Origin: an uncultured Christensenella sp.
GTDB taxonomy: Bacteria; Bacillota; Clostridia; Christensenellales; Borkfalkiaceae
NCBI GenBank assembly: GCA_964401515.1
Contig: CAYNYV010000001.1
Coordinates: 8,667 to 72,666 of the forward strand
DNA: 64,000 nt
Reading direction: 5' to 3'
Below, piece after piece: positions 35,824 to 46,397 of this stretch. Made by a program: the position numbers and the translations under genes. Position 1 is the first letter of the stretch; each line of letters opens with the position of its first letter. The notes below the pieces were generated by a model that ran no database searches, was not told the origin of the DNA, and saw only the letters and a program-made list of their open reading frames with translations.

Positions 35824-37260
35824 TTAATCGAAGTCCACGTCGTCAATATTTGATATAAGATTGTTAAGTTCTTCCTTTGTATAAGTACGCTCGTTTGCAA
35901 ACCGCGCCGATTGATTTTGTGAAGACGTCGACGCTTGTTTTGTTTCTTTAGGAAGGTCTTCAACAGTGAAAATACCTTTGTTTTTCCAATTCGAGAGTAC
36001 ACCGTTCATATAAATCATAGGGTTGGTTCTTCCGCCGGAAAGGTCTGCCGCGGCGTTAACCATTTCGTCTGAAAAACCCCATTCGCGCCAAACGGAAAGG
36101 TTCTTTCTGTCCCATTCGTTAGGGGAACGCAAAGTGCCCGTTTTGTCAAGCAAACTTTTAATAAATTCGTCGTCCTTGCCCCTTCTTTTAACGTAATCGG
36201 CTATATCCGTAATGGAAATTAGCCCTTTTTTGTATAGAGTTTTAACGGTATCGTCCATGTCGTCGAGAGAACGCTTACGTTTTCTAAAACAGTAATTAGC
36301 CAAAAACAGTAAAGTTTCGCCGTCATAGCCGAGCGATAACCAAGGGTTTAAATAATTATCGAGCACCGGTTTAATAACTTCGACGTAAACGGACAATTCA
36401 CGTGAGATTTGTTTTGCAAGTTCGATATTTTCCGCCTTTTTGGCAAGGTAATTCTCAATTTCCTTTTTAGAAAATACTTTGGCGGAATAAAGTTCCGAAA
36501 TTATCTCGTCAAGTTTAAGTATGCTTTTTGCTTTCGTCGATTTTGCAACGAAGGTAACTACGTCGATCTCGAAACCGAGCTCCTTTATCCATTTATTGTA
36601 ATAATTTAAATCGTCAACGTCGGCTTTACGTCTTAAACCGAGCGACGATAGGATTTTTTGTATCTCGTTACTCTTATCGAAGTAGTCGGCAAGTTCTATT
36701 TCTATTGCGTCAACGGTCGTTATTCCGCGTAATGCGAAATCTTTGGCGACGGCGCAAACGTATTTACCGCTTATCGACGGACCTTTTATATCGACGCAGT
36801 ATTTGCAAATCATAATCATTGCTTCCGGCTTTATTTGGTAATCTTCCATAACGGAAAAATAATCGGAAAACTCGTTAGTGGAAATCATACGTTCCGAGAT
36901 AAGCGTTTGCAGCGATTTATTGAATTCGTCGTATTTGCCTGCTTTAAATCTGCGCGGTTTGCCGTTGTGGGAAAGGGGAAGATATTTTACGGTAAAAGGT
37001 TCTTCGGAAATTATCGTAAGACAGTCAAAGTCTTCCCAATATCTGAAACAGTCTTTTACGGTGTCTTCTTCCATTGCTAAGTCGGTGCAGAATTCCGTAA
37101 ATCCGAATTCGTCGGTATGATTTTCGCACACGAAAAGTCCGTAAAGATAAACTTTTACGGCTTGACCGTCGGCATCGGCAAGGTAATCTTGTATAAAGGC
37201 GTTATCTATCGTGGTGGAATGATTTTTTACGCCTTCTTTGGTAAATGAACAAAAAGCCAT
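35824..37260 (-). CDS. DnaD-domain replication initiation protein (B. subtilis DnaB/DnaD-like)
   Basis: C-terminal DnaB_2/DnaD-type repeat (TNPMIYMNGVLSNWKNKGIFTVEDL). Paired with the loader ATPase, 2-nt gap. Confidence 0.7.
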   Translation of the reverse strand: MAFCSFTKEGVKNHSTTIDNAFIQDYLADADGQAVKVYLYGLFVCENHTDEFGFTEFCTDLAMEEDTVKDCFRYWEDFDCLTIISEEPFTVKYLPLSHNGKPRRFKAGKYDEFNKSLQTLISERMISTNEFSDYFSVMEDYQIKPEAMIMICKYCVDIKGPSISGKYVCAVAKDFALRGITTVDAIEIELADYFDKSNEIQKILSSLGLRRKADVDDLNYYNKWIKELGFEIDVVTFVAKSTKAKSILKLDEIISELYSAKVFSKKEIENYLAKKAENIELAKQISRELSVYVEVIKPVLDNYLNPWLSLGYDGETLLFLANYCFRKRKRSLDDMDDTVKTLYKKGLISITDIADYVKRRGKDDEFIKSLLDKTGTLRSPNEWDRKNLSVWREWGFSDEMVNAAADLSGGRTNPMIYMNGVLSNWKNKGIFTVEDLPKETKQASTSSQNQSARFANERTYTKEELNNLISNIDDVDFD

Positions 37261-37434
37261 AGTGTTTATTAAAAAACTTGAAATTATTTTAAAGAATTGT
37301 TATAATAGATTAAACGGACTTTTATTGGACCGTTTTTAACGCTACAATTATTTTAGTTTATTTTTAGGATTTTTTCAAGTTATTTTGATAGGAAAAAGAA
37401 AATCTTTTAAAATATAACGTTTAGGTTGGTGTTT

Positions 37435-38604
37435 ATGAGAATTTTGCATACATCTGATTGGCATATCGGTAAAAAACTCGACAATAAATCGCGAATCGAC
37501 GAACAGCGCGCGGTTTTAAACGATATTTCGCGCGTCGTTAAAGAAAACGAGGTCGATATCGTGTGCGTTGCGGGCGATATTTACGACACGTATATGCCTT
37601 CCGCGGAAAGTGAAGCCTTATTTTACGACGTAATGTCCGAAATTACCGAATCGGGCGCACAGATTATTATAATAAGCGGCAACCATGACGATCCTACAAG
37701 GTTAACGGCTTCAAAATCCGTTTCGTCGTTAGGCGGTATATATTTTGCAGGCGCGGGCTTAAATAATGATTTTAAGGCGTTAAAAGACGATTTTCGGGCG
37801 AAACTACTGGAATACGGCGACGATTATTTTATTTTTGAAAAGTCGGGTGAAAAAGTCTATTTTGCCGCCTTACCTTATCCGACCGAATTAAGAATGAAAG
37901 AAAAAATTTCCGAAGACGAAAGTTATGCCGACAAGGTTAAACGCTATATTTTGCATGCGACCGAAAAAGCCGACGATTTACCCGTTGTGCTTATTGCTCA
38001 CATTTTTATGCTCGGCGGTCAAACAACCGACGGCGAACGTCCTATAGATCTTGGCGGCGCAAGAATTTTGCCGCCCGACGTTATTCCCGAAAATTGCGTG
38101 TATACCGCGCTCGGGCATCTTCATAAGCGTCAAGTGGTAAATAAAGAGCGTAATATTTTGTACTCTGGCTCTGTTCTGCAATATTCGTTCGACGAAGCGG
38201 GTTATGAAAAATCGGTTACCGTATTTGACGTTTCGGGCAGTGCAGTGCAAAATTTGAGTGTTATAAAATTAAGGGAATATAAAGAACTTTTTAGAATTTC
38301 CGCTAAAAGCGTTGACGAGGCGGAAGAAAAAATTAAAGATTTGAACGGATTTAAGGAAGTTACTTTGACGTTAGACAAGCCGTGCGGTGACGAGATAAAA
38401 AAATTCGCTTTAAGACATTCCGACGTAACTATAAAACTTGTTTTTAACGGTGTCGAATCCGCCGTTTACGGCAGAAAAACGCTCGGCGACGAAGATTTGT
38501 TCAGACAGTATTATATTTCTCGCTACGGCAAAGAACCCGATAAACGCGTATCGGAACTTTATATGAGCATCATGCACGATATCGAGGTGGATTATGAGGC
38601 CTGA
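37435..38604 (+). CDS. sbcD: Exonuclease SbcD (Mre11-like)
   Basis: Phosphoesterase motifs ILHTSDWHIGK, VAGDIYD, GNHD and GHLH. Confidence 0.9.
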   Translation: MRILHTSDWHIGKKLDNKSRIDEQRAVLNDISRVVKENEVDIVCVAGDIYDTYMPSAESEALFYDVMSEITESGAQIIIISGNHDDPTRLTASKSVSSLGGIYFAGAGLNNDFKALKDDFRAKLLEYGDDYFIFEKSGEKVYFAALPYPTELRMKEKISEDESYADKVKRYILHATEKADDLPVVLIAHIFMLGGQTTDGERPIDLGGARILPPDVIPENCVYTALGHLHKRQVVNKERNILYSGSVLQYSFDEAGYEKSVTVFDVSGSAVQNLSVIKLREYKELFRISAKSVDEAEEKIKDLNGFKEVTLTLDKPCGDEIKKFALRHSDVTIKLVFNGVESAVYGRKTLGDEDLFRQYYISRYGKEPDKRVSELYMSIMHDIEVDYEA

Positions 38605-41233
38605 AAAACTTGAATTTGCAGGTGTAAAAAGTTACACCGATAAAGTTGAAATAGACTTTAATAAATTGCTTAGCGGCGGTCTTTTCGGTATTTTCGGAAA
38701 CACCGGTAGCGGAAAATCTACGATACTCGATTGCATTTTTCTTGCCTTGTACGGAAGAATGGCTAAAACGAGTGAAAGGGAAGATTATATTAATGCTAAA
38801 GTCGGTAAATGCTACGTAAAATTCACCTTCAGTCTGTTAAATTATAACGAAAGAAAATATTACCTGGTTTACCGCGAATTTCAACTTAAAGGCGATAGAA
38901 AATCAATGCCGCAACCAATTGCAAAATTATACGAAATTAAAGGCGAAGAAATTTTACCGGTCGAAGATAATACGAGTAAAGTAAACGCTAAACTCGAAAA
39001 CATCATAGGGCTTTCGTTAGAAGATTTTCAAAAATGCATCGTTTTGCCGCAAGGGGAATTTTCTGCCTTCGTAACCTTACCGAGATACTCTCGTTTAAAA
39101 ATGGTTAGCGGGTTGTTTAATTTAGATAAATACGGCGATTTGTTAACCGACAGAATTAAAACAAAGCAGTCGGCATTAGACGACAAAATTCAGTATTTTT
39201 CCGGACACCTTTCCGCATATGAGGATGCGACGAAAGATAACTTAAACCTTCTTGAAAAAACTATTAAATCCCAAAAGGATTTATATGACGCCAAAAACGT
39301 AAAATATTTAAAAATGCAAGAAGAATTCGAAGTTTTTAAAGAAAATTACGAGCGACGTAAACAATTTGTGGCAACTAAAAACGAACTATCCAAACTAAAC
39401 GAAAAACTTGACGAAACAAACTATTACAAGTCGGTTTTACAAAAACTTAATTACGCCGTATTATACGTTGAAACTTGTAATGAAAAAGAACGGTTAATCG
39501 TAAAATTAAACGAGAATAGTAAGGAACTTTGCGCATTAAAGCAAAGAAAAGAATGCTTGGAAGGCGAGTTAGTCGTATTAAAAGAAAAAATTTCCGGCGA
39601 AGTTAACGTAAGGCGTAAGATCGACGAATGTACCGCTCGTGCCGCAGAACTTAAAATGCTCGCGTCCGATGAAAAGGAAAGGGCGGATTATCAAAAAAAA
39701 CTTCTTACTTTGCGTGAAGAATATTCAAAAATGAACAAAGAATATTCCGATATTAATACTAAAATCGACGACAGAAAGCGACAGTTTAGTGTTTTTGAAT
39801 CTTCTAAAAAGTATCAAAATATCGATGAAAAAATTTCTAACGAAATAGATAAACTCGTAAAAGTATCGCAAGGTCAATTTGCGTCGGAAGAAATTACTTT
39901 TTTAAAAAGACTTGACGTTAATAAAGGTTCCGAAAAATATGTAAGCGACAGAATCGAGTATTTATCTAAACTTTGCAGTGACGATTACAACGGCGACGTA
40001 AAAAGTTGTGTTGATACGCTAAACGGTTTGTATCTTAATTTGGATGAGTTGAATAAAAAGCGCGACGAATATAATAAAGATATTTCATGTCTCGATAGCC
40101 AAAAAAATACTATGCTAAGCCAATTGAAGGTTATTGAAGAAAACGGCAAAAATATCCGTCAAATCATTGACAAAATTAATGAAAAAGTAAACGCTTTAAC
40201 CGATAACGAAGTTTTAAACGATAAAATCTCTGCAATCTTAAACGAAAAAGATAGGCTTGAAAATTCGCTGAAGTCGATTAAAGAACAATTTGAAGTTAAA
40301 AGCAACAACTTACATTCGCTTAATTCGAAAATCGTCGCGACAGTTACTACAATCGCTGCTATTGAAGATAATCTGAAAAAGTGCGACAAAAAAATAAAAG
40401 ACTTATCCTGTTGCTTCGATAACGACAAGCAACCGAGCGAAATTTACGCTTACGTCGGCAAGGAATCTTCTATAAAAAAGATTGTTGACGAGTTTGACGT
40501 AAACTACATTGCGCTTACTGAAAAGTTGAAAACTTTTAACGATTTACCGATTGACGATTTTTTGACTGACGAAAATTACGAAAAAATCAGACGCGAAACG
40601 CAAATTTGCAAAGAAATTTATGAAGAATCATATATAAATTATAATAATTTATTAAAAGAGCACGAAAATCTCTCGCTAAAATTTGAAAAAAGGTGTAAAA
40701 TAGATAAAGAACTTTCGGCACTAAGAGATGAAAGGAGTGTCGTTTCCGAACTTTTGGATTCGGTTAAAAACAAAAGATTCCTTGAATACGTTGCCGAAGA
40801 ATATCTTGCCGAAATTGCACTCGACGCCAAATCTATTCTTTTGGAATTGACCGGAGGTAGATTCGGGTTGGTGTATAGCGGAGACTTTTTCGTCGAGGAT
40901 TTTATATATTCTTCGGGTAGTCGCCGTCGAGTTGACGCCGTTTCGGGCGGAGAACTTTTTTTAGTATCGTTATCGCTTGCGCTTTCCTTGTCGAAATGCA
41001 TTTACGCAAAGTCGTCAATGCCTATGGAATTTTTCTTTCTCGACGAAGGATTCGGTTCTTTGGATAAAGAACTTGTCGAAGTCGTTGTTGACTCCTTGTA
41101 CAAATTGCGTAACGCCGATTTTTCGATAGGGATTATTTCCCACGTCGAAGCGCTTAAAGAACGTTTGCCCGTTCGCGTAAACGTTGTCGGCGCAACGGGT
41201 GAAAAAGGCTCGTCGATTACGATTATCTCATAG
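38594..41233 (+). CDS. sbcC: SbcC/Rad50-like ATPase
   Basis: Walker A GNTGSGKST, long coiled-coil middle, signature SGGELFLVSLSLALS, Walker B FFFLDEGFGSLD. It overlaps the sbcD end. Confidence 0.85.
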   Translation: MRPEKLEFAGVKSYTDKVEIDFNKLLSGGLFGIFGNTGSGKSTILDCIFLALYGRMAKTSEREDYINAKVGKCYVKFTFSLLNYNERKYYLVYREFQLKGDRKSMPQPIAKLYEIKGEEILPVEDNTSKVNAKLENIIGLSLEDFQKCIVLPQGEFSAFVTLPRYSRLKMVSGLFNLDKYGDLLTDRIKTKQSALDDKIQYFSGHLSAYEDATKDNLNLLEKTIKSQKDLYDAKNVKYLKMQEEFEVFKENYERRKQFVATKNELSKLNEKLDETNYYKSVLQKLNYAVLYVETCNEKERLIVKLNENSKELCALKQRKECLEGELVVLKEKISGEVNVRRKIDECTARAAELKMLASDEKERADYQKKLLTLREEYSKMNKEYSDINTKIDDRKRQFSVFESSKKYQNIDEKISNEIDKLVKVSQGQFASEEITFLKRLDVNKGSEKYVSDRIEYLSKLCSDDYNGDVKSCVDTLNGLYLNLDELNKKRDEYNKDISCLDSQKNTMLSQLKVIEENGKNIRQIIDKINEKVNALTDNEVLNDKISAILNEKDRLENSLKSIKEQFEVKSNNLHSLNSKIVATVTTIAAIEDNLKKCDKKIKDLSCCFDNDKQPSEIYAYVGKESSIKKIVDEFDVNYIALTEKLKTFNDLPIDDFLTDENYEKIRRETQICKEIYEESYINYNNLLKEHENLSLKFEKRCKIDKELSALRDERSVVSELLDSVKNKRFLEYVAEEYLAEIALDAKSILLELTGGRFGLVYSGDFFVEDFIYSSGSRRRVDAVSGGELFLVSLSLALSLSKCIYAKSSMPMEFFFLDEGFGSLDKELVEVVVDSLYKLRNADFSIGIISHVEALKERLPVRVNVVGATGEKGSSITIIS

Positions 41234-41345
41234 TTTAAAGTCTTGCACGCCTGTTTTTATAATTTACCTGATTTTTTGCGGTTTTGCCGCAGTCTTTAAA
41301 CTTGTATTTTTTACTTATTTAGAAAAATCATAAATTGGAGTAGTT

Positions 41346-43049
41346 ATGTCTAACACGATTATTTCCCCGATAATTTTATCACCCGTCATGCTATGGGAAA
41401 ATTTCGACGCAACGCTTCCTTTAAAGGAAAGTAACATCGGCGAAGAAGTCTACGGCGACGTGGTTTACAGAGATATGTACTTTTCCGGTCGAGAAACGGG
41501 CGAGGGAAGGGTGCGCATTTTCGGCGTATACGCAAAAAGTAAGTCTACCGGCAAAAAATCAAATAAAGGAGCGATTTTAATATTGCCGGATATTTGCGAA
41601 ACGGTCGATTACGACATTATAAACGTTTACGTCAGTCAGGGGTATTCTGTTTTAATGGTTGATTACCGCGGTCGTTGGGAAAATGCCGAAAATTATACTA
41701 AGTATCCCGATTCGATTTCTTACGCCAACTATTCAAACGCTTGCGAAAAGCCGGACAGTGTTCCCGAAACGGCAAAAGAAACTTGTTGGTACGAGTGGGC
41801 ATCTGTTGCAAAATACGCCGTTTCCTTTTTAAAAAGCCGTCTCGAAGTCGAAAAAATCGGCGTTTTGGGCATACGTAACGGCGCGAATATCGGTTGGATG
41901 CTTTGCGGTACCGACGCGCGCATAGATTGTTTCGTACCTCTTTTCGGCGCAGGTTGGCGCGGATATCGAGGCGTATATAAAAACGGCGACGAAGAACTTC
42001 GCGCAGACGACGATAAACTTCGTTTTTTAGCGGGTGTCGACGCACATGCGTATGCGCAATATGTTAAGTGTCCTACCTTTTATATGACGGCGACGAACAG
42101 TTCGGATTTCGATTTCGACCGCTCGGTCGATACGATGATACGTATATCGGAAAACGTTGTCAATTACACAAACTATACACCGTGTTTCCACGACGTTCTA
42201 AACAAGAATTGCAGGCGTAACGTCGATTTGTTCTTCGCGAAATATTTGCTCGATTTTAAGCTTATTTTTCCCGATGAACCGGTGCTTACCTGTATGGTGG
42301 AAGGCGATACGGTAACTTGCGATTTAGAACTTGATTTTTCCGATTTGAAACGTCCTAAAACGATTTCCGTTTACGTTGCGGAAGGCGGTGTTAACCCGGC
42401 AAACCGCGATTGGCAAACGGCAAAAATGCTGAAAGGTTTAAGGGAAGATAAAAAGAGTTTCACCTATAAAATTACAGGTAACTGCGATTTCGTTACGCTT
42501 TACGCGATCGTTGAATACAGAAGCGGCGTTACTTTAAGTTCCAAAGCCTTATGTAAAAAGGTTTCCAACGCATGTCCTTTACCTCAGAAACTTTTGTATT
42601 CGTCAAAGGATAAACTTGCTTCGTTCACGGCATATAATCTTAAAAATAAGGCAACGGCTGGTTTATATTTTCAAGAAACGGACGAACTTTCTTATAGTCA
42701 GGGCGCGAACGGCATAAGCGGTATTTCTTCGCCATACGGAATTGTTTCGTACAGAATGAACAACAAAAACGTTGCGATAACTTCTAACTCGATAGTTCTC
42801 GTCGACGTTTATACCGAAGAATTTACGTGTCTGAAAATAACCCTTATGGTTGAAACTTCGCTTATCGAAACAACCGATTACTCTTATACGGTTGATCTTC
42901 GCGGCGGACCTATTTGGCAGAAAGTTTCCGTTAAGGCGAGCGAGTTTAAAAACCGATCAAGGTTTTCCGTAAAAGATTTCACAAAAGTCGTCGGAATAAG
43001 ATTCGAATCCGAAAATAATTGTATTTATAATAATATTTTGATTATTTAG
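41346..43049 (+). CDS. Hypothetical 567-aa protein; N-terminal half resembles AXE1/CE7-type alpha/beta hydrolases but lacks the nucleophile serine
   Basis: Pattern RIFGVY...GAILILPD...GYSVLMVDYRGRW...KIGVLGIRNGANIG. The expected GxSxG elbow reads GIRNG, and no GxSxG occurs anywhere in the protein. Confidence 0.4.
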   Translation: MSNTIISPIILSPVMLWENFDATLPLKESNIGEEVYGDVVYRDMYFSGRETGEGRVRIFGVYAKSKSTGKKSNKGAILILPDICETVDYDIINVYVSQGYSVLMVDYRGRWENAENYTKYPDSISYANYSNACEKPDSVPETAKETCWYEWASVAKYAVSFLKSRLEVEKIGVLGIRNGANIGWMLCGTDARIDCFVPLFGAGWRGYRGVYKNGDEELRADDDKLRFLAGVDAHAYAQYVKCPTFYMTATNSSDFDFDRSVDTMIRISENVVNYTNYTPCFHDVLNKNCRRNVDLFFAKYLLDFKLIFPDEPVLTCMVEGDTVTCDLELDFSDLKRPKTISVYVAEGGVNPANRDWQTAKMLKGLREDKKSFTYKITGNCDFVTLYAIVEYRSGVTLSSKALCKKVSNACPLPQKLLYSSKDKLASFTAYNLKNKATAGLYFQETDELSYSQGANGISGISSPYGIVSYRMNNKNVAITSNSIVLVDVYTEEFTCLKITLMVETSLIETTDYSYTVDLRGGPIWQKVSVKASEFKNRSRFSVKDFTKVVGIRFESENNCIYNNILII

Positions 43050-43058
43050 CGGCGGTTT

Positions 43059-43661
43059 ATGGCAGATTATTGCAATAAAAACTTAATAGACGTCCGTAAA
43101 TCTGCGGAGCGCGGTAAAATCGTCGATACCGTCATTATTATTTCGTTAATCGTCCTTTTATTGCTGCTTATTTATTTAAAAACTTTTGTTTTTATGGTTG
43201 TAAGCGTAAGCGGCGATTCGATGAAGAATACGCTTCACGGCGGCGATTTGTTGTTTGCAAATACCAAACGTACCCCAGAGCGCGGCGATATCGTCGTTGT
43301 TTACGACCTTAAAGTTAACGATGAACCTCTTATAAAACGAGTCGTGGGGTTGGAGGGCGATATGCTTTGGACTGAAAACGGCTATCTTTGTCGCGAATAC
43401 GTCGACGATAAAGGTAACGTTTGTATTGAAAAACTTGACGAGCCCTACGTATTGGAAGGCGGTGTTACGAAAATGCCGTACCGCGTAACTGTTTCCGAAG
43501 GCTGTATATTCGTGTTAGGGGATAATAGGGCGGGCTCGTACGACAGCATAGATTTCGGACCTATAGAAACGTCTTCCGTTTTGGGCGTTGTCCCGAAATG
43601 GTCGGTCGATATAAAAGACGGCGTGTTTATCACGTGGTATAAAAAAATTATAAACGCCTGA
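43059..43661 (+). CDS. lepB: Signal peptidase I
   Basis: VSGDSMKNTL (catalytic Ser), KRVVGLEGD (Lys box), VLGDNRAGSYDS. Confidence 0.9.
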   Translation: MADYCNKNLIDVRKSAERGKIVDTVIIISLIVLLLLLIYLKTFVFMVVSVSGDSMKNTLHGGDLLFANTKRTPERGDIVVVYDLKVNDEPLIKRVVGLEGDMLWTENGYLCREYVDDKGNVCIEKLDEPYVLEGGVTKMPYRVTVSEGCIFVLGDNRAGSYDSIDFGPIETSSVLGVVPKWSVDIKDGVFITWYKKIINA

Positions 43662-43711
43662 TTTCGGCGTAAAAATACTTTAAAGTAAATACTTAAATGA
43701 TAGGAGTTTAT

Positions 43712-44557
43712 ATGAACAAATTTGTAATTACATCGGATAGTACTTGCGATTTATCTAAAAATCTACTCGAAGAAAACGATATTACTATTTTACCGTTAAC
43801 AATTACCCTTGGCGATAAGCAATACAAAGATAACGTCGATATTACTTCGCCCGAAGTTTTGGATTTCGTTGACAATACGGGCATTATGCCTAAAACTTCG
43901 GCGATCTCTGTTTACGATTACACTGAATTTTTCCATAAGTTCGTCGAACAAGGTTACGGGGTTTTACACTTCAATATTTCCTCGGAAGATTCCGCTTGTT
44001 ACAACAATGCCAGCATGGCTGCCAAAGAATTTGAAAACGTTTATGTTGTCGACACCCGTCAGCTTTCGACCGGACAAGGTCTTTTGGTTATGAAAGCGAC
44101 CGATTATCGCAAACAAGGTTTTTCTTTAGAAGAAACCTTTAATAAAATCGAAGAAGTTAAAAACAAGGCAAGGACTTCTTTCGTTTTAGACCGTCTTGAC
44201 TTTTTGCACAAAGGCGGAAGATGTTCGTTGTCAACGCTTTTGGTGACTAAAATTTTAAAAATTCATCCCCATATCACGATGACGGACGGAAGTTTGAAAG
44301 TTAAAAAGAAATACGGCGGTAATATGGTTCGTTCTTGCGAACAATACGTTCAAGATTTAGCGCAAGAGTATTCTTCGTACGATAAAACCCGTGTATTTAT
44401 AACCCATTGTATGGCTAGCGAACAAATAGTTTCGGCTGTAAGAAAAAAGGTCGAAGAACTTTTTGATTTCGACCAAATAATTGAAACGACTGCCGGCACG
44501 ACGATTTCTTGCCATTGCGGAAGAAACACTATCGGCGTCTTATTTATTGAAGAATAA
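43712..44557 (+). CDS. DegV-family fatty-acid-binding protein
   Basis: ITSDSTCDL N-terminus and the GGRCS region. ATG at 43712 after AGGAG. Confidence 0.9.
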   Translation: MNKFVITSDSTCDLSKNLLEENDITILPLTITLGDKQYKDNVDITSPEVLDFVDNTGIMPKTSAISVYDYTEFFHKFVEQGYGVLHFNISSEDSACYNNASMAAKEFENVYVVDTRQLSTGQGLLVMKATDYRKQGFSLEETFNKIEEVKNKARTSFVLDRLDFLHKGGRCSLSTLLVTKILKIHPHITMTDGSLKVKKKYGGNMVRSCEQYVQDLAQEYSSYDKTRVFITHCMASEQIVSAVRKKVEELFDFDQIIETTAGTTISCHCGRNTIGVLFIEE

Positions 44558-46353
44558 TGGGTGAAGATATGATGCAATCGAGAAATGATATTCCTTCAAA
44601 TTTGAAGTGGAAAACCGAACATATCTACGCCAACGTCGGTTTATGGGAAAAAGATTACGAATACGTTGAAAACAACCTTGATTTTTCGCGCTTTCAAGGC
44701 AAACTTTCCGATATCGAAAGTTTGTGCGAATGTTTTAAAGTTATCGACGATTTATCCTTGATTCTTGAAAAACTTTACGTTTATGCCTCGATGAAGCGCG
44801 ACGAAGACACCCGCGACAGTTTCAATAAAGGGCTAATGTCGCGCGCTCAACTTTTATATGTTAAGTTTTCGTCGGCTACTTCCTTTATGCTGCCTGAACT
44901 TACTTCTTTGTCGGAAGAAACGTTAAAAGGCTTTGCCGCATCGGAACGTTTAAAGGATCACGATTACGAACTTAAATTAATATTAGATAAAAAGCCGCAT
45001 GTTCTTAGCGGCGAAACGGAAAAAGTACTTGCGCTCGGCGGACAAGTTTTCGGAGGATTTAGAGAAATTTTCGGTATGATTAACAATGCCGATTTAGATT
45101 TTCCTTCGATTACGACCGACGACGGAGAACTTAAAATTTCTCACGGCGTTTACGGACTAATGCTTCGTAGCGATAACCGCGCTTTAAGGGAAGAAGTTTT
45201 CAAAAAGTATTATGCATGCTTTGAAAAACTTTTAAATACCATTACAGCAACCTATGCAGGTAACGTTAGTAAGGACGTTTTCATTGCTCGTGCGAGGAAT
45301 TATTCTTCCTGTCTCGATATGGCGCTTAAAAACGAAGACGTTACGCCCGACGTATATCAAAATCTTATTGAAAGCGTTAATTCCAATCTCGAATTACTTC
45401 ATCGCTATACGGAGCAAAAGAAATCCGCGCTTTGTCTTGATGAAATGCATATGTGGGACGTTTATGTTCCTATAGTGGATAACGCAGAAATTAAACTTGA
45501 TTACGAAGATGCTTTTAAACTTGTTAAAAAAGGTCTTGCGCCTTTAGGCGACGATTATTCGGAACTTTTGCAGAACGCCCATGACAACGGATGGATAGAC
45601 GTTGTCGAAACGTTTGGTAAACGCAGCGGTGCGTATTCGACGGGTGTGTACGCGTTTCAACATCCTTACGTTTTATTAAATTATCAACAAACTACAAACG
45701 ATATATTTACGGTTGCGCATGAATTAGGTCATGCGATGCATACTTATTTTTCCAACAAAAATCAACCAAAAAGCAAAGCCGATTATACGATTTTCGTTGC
45801 CGAGGTCGCAAGCACGGTAAACGAAGTTTTGCTTCTTAAGTATCTTTTAAAGAATTCTAATGATTTAAGGCTTAAAAAGTTCTTGCTTTCCTATTATACC
45901 GATATGGTAAAAAGTACGTTGTTCCGTCAAACGATGTTTGCAGAATTCGAATATATAGTTCACGATGCGTGCGAAAAGGGAACGCCTTTAACCGTCGATT
46001 ATCTTTGCGACGTTTATCTTAACTTGAACAAGCGTTATTACGGCGATGCGGTCGTTTCCGATAAGGAAATTTCTTGGGAATGGGCGAGAATACCTCATTT
46101 TTACAATTCTTTTTACGTTTACAAGTACGCAACGGGTATAATTAGTGCGATTTCCATTGCCGAAAGAATTTTATCCGAAGGCAAACCCACCGTTGACGAT
46201 TACAAAAAGTTTTTATCGTCGGGCGGTTCAAATAGCCCCGTCGAACTTTTAAAAATTGCCGGCGTCGATTTGACTAAGAAGGACGCTTATGCGGTTGCGA
46301 TGAAGTCTTTTAAAGACGCGCTCGATCAATTTGACGAAATTACTTTAGATTAA
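44557..46353 (+). CDS. pepF: Oligoendopeptidase F (M3B)
   Basis: Zinc motif HELGHAMH and M3B-like length. Alternative starts at 44569 or 44572 are equally plausible. Confidence 0.9.
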   Translation: MGEDMMQSRNDIPSNLKWKTEHIYANVGLWEKDYEYVENNLDFSRFQGKLSDIESLCECFKVIDDLSLILEKLYVYASMKRDEDTRDSFNKGLMSRAQLLYVKFSSATSFMLPELTSLSEETLKGFAASERLKDHDYELKLILDKKPHVLSGETEKVLALGGQVFGGFREIFGMINNADLDFPSITTDDGELKISHGVYGLMLRSDNRALREEVFKKYYACFEKLLNTITATYAGNVSKDVFIARARNYSSCLDMALKNEDVTPDVYQNLIESVNSNLELLHRYTEQKKSALCLDEMHMWDVYVPIVDNAEIKLDYEDAFKLVKKGLAPLGDDYSELLQNAHDNGWIDVVETFGKRSGAYSTGVYAFQHPYVLLNYQQTTNDIFTVAHELGHAMHTYFSNKNQPKSKADYTIFVAEVASTVNEVLLLKYLLKNSNDLRLKKFLLSYYTDMVKSTLFRQTMFAEFEYIVHDACEKGTPLTVDYLCDVYLNLNKRYYGDAVVSDKEISWEWARIPHFYNSFYVYKYATGIISAISIAERILSEGKPTVDDYKKFLSSGGSNSPVELLKIAGVDLTKKDAYAVAMKSFKDALDQFDEITLD

Positions 46354-46397
46354 CTTTTTTAATAAACTGTCGATATAATTCGACGAATAGGTGGTTT

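Noticed and set aside
40639-41001. Assorted 60-135-aa antisense ORFs inside long genes (for example 40639-41001, 12339-12701, 54797-55201, 50853-51209, 53611-53964)
   Set aside because: Each is embedded antisense in a gene with strong family motifs, lacks an RBS, and has a skewed composition. I treat them as frame shadows.
37435-41233. Mre11-like nuclease plus SMC-like ATPase pair as a possible anti-phage defence module (Lamassu/Wadjet/Gabija-like)
   Set aside because: The motifs, sizes, overlapping gene arrangement and housekeeping context fit canonical SbcCD. No extra effector or kleisin-like gene is adjacent.
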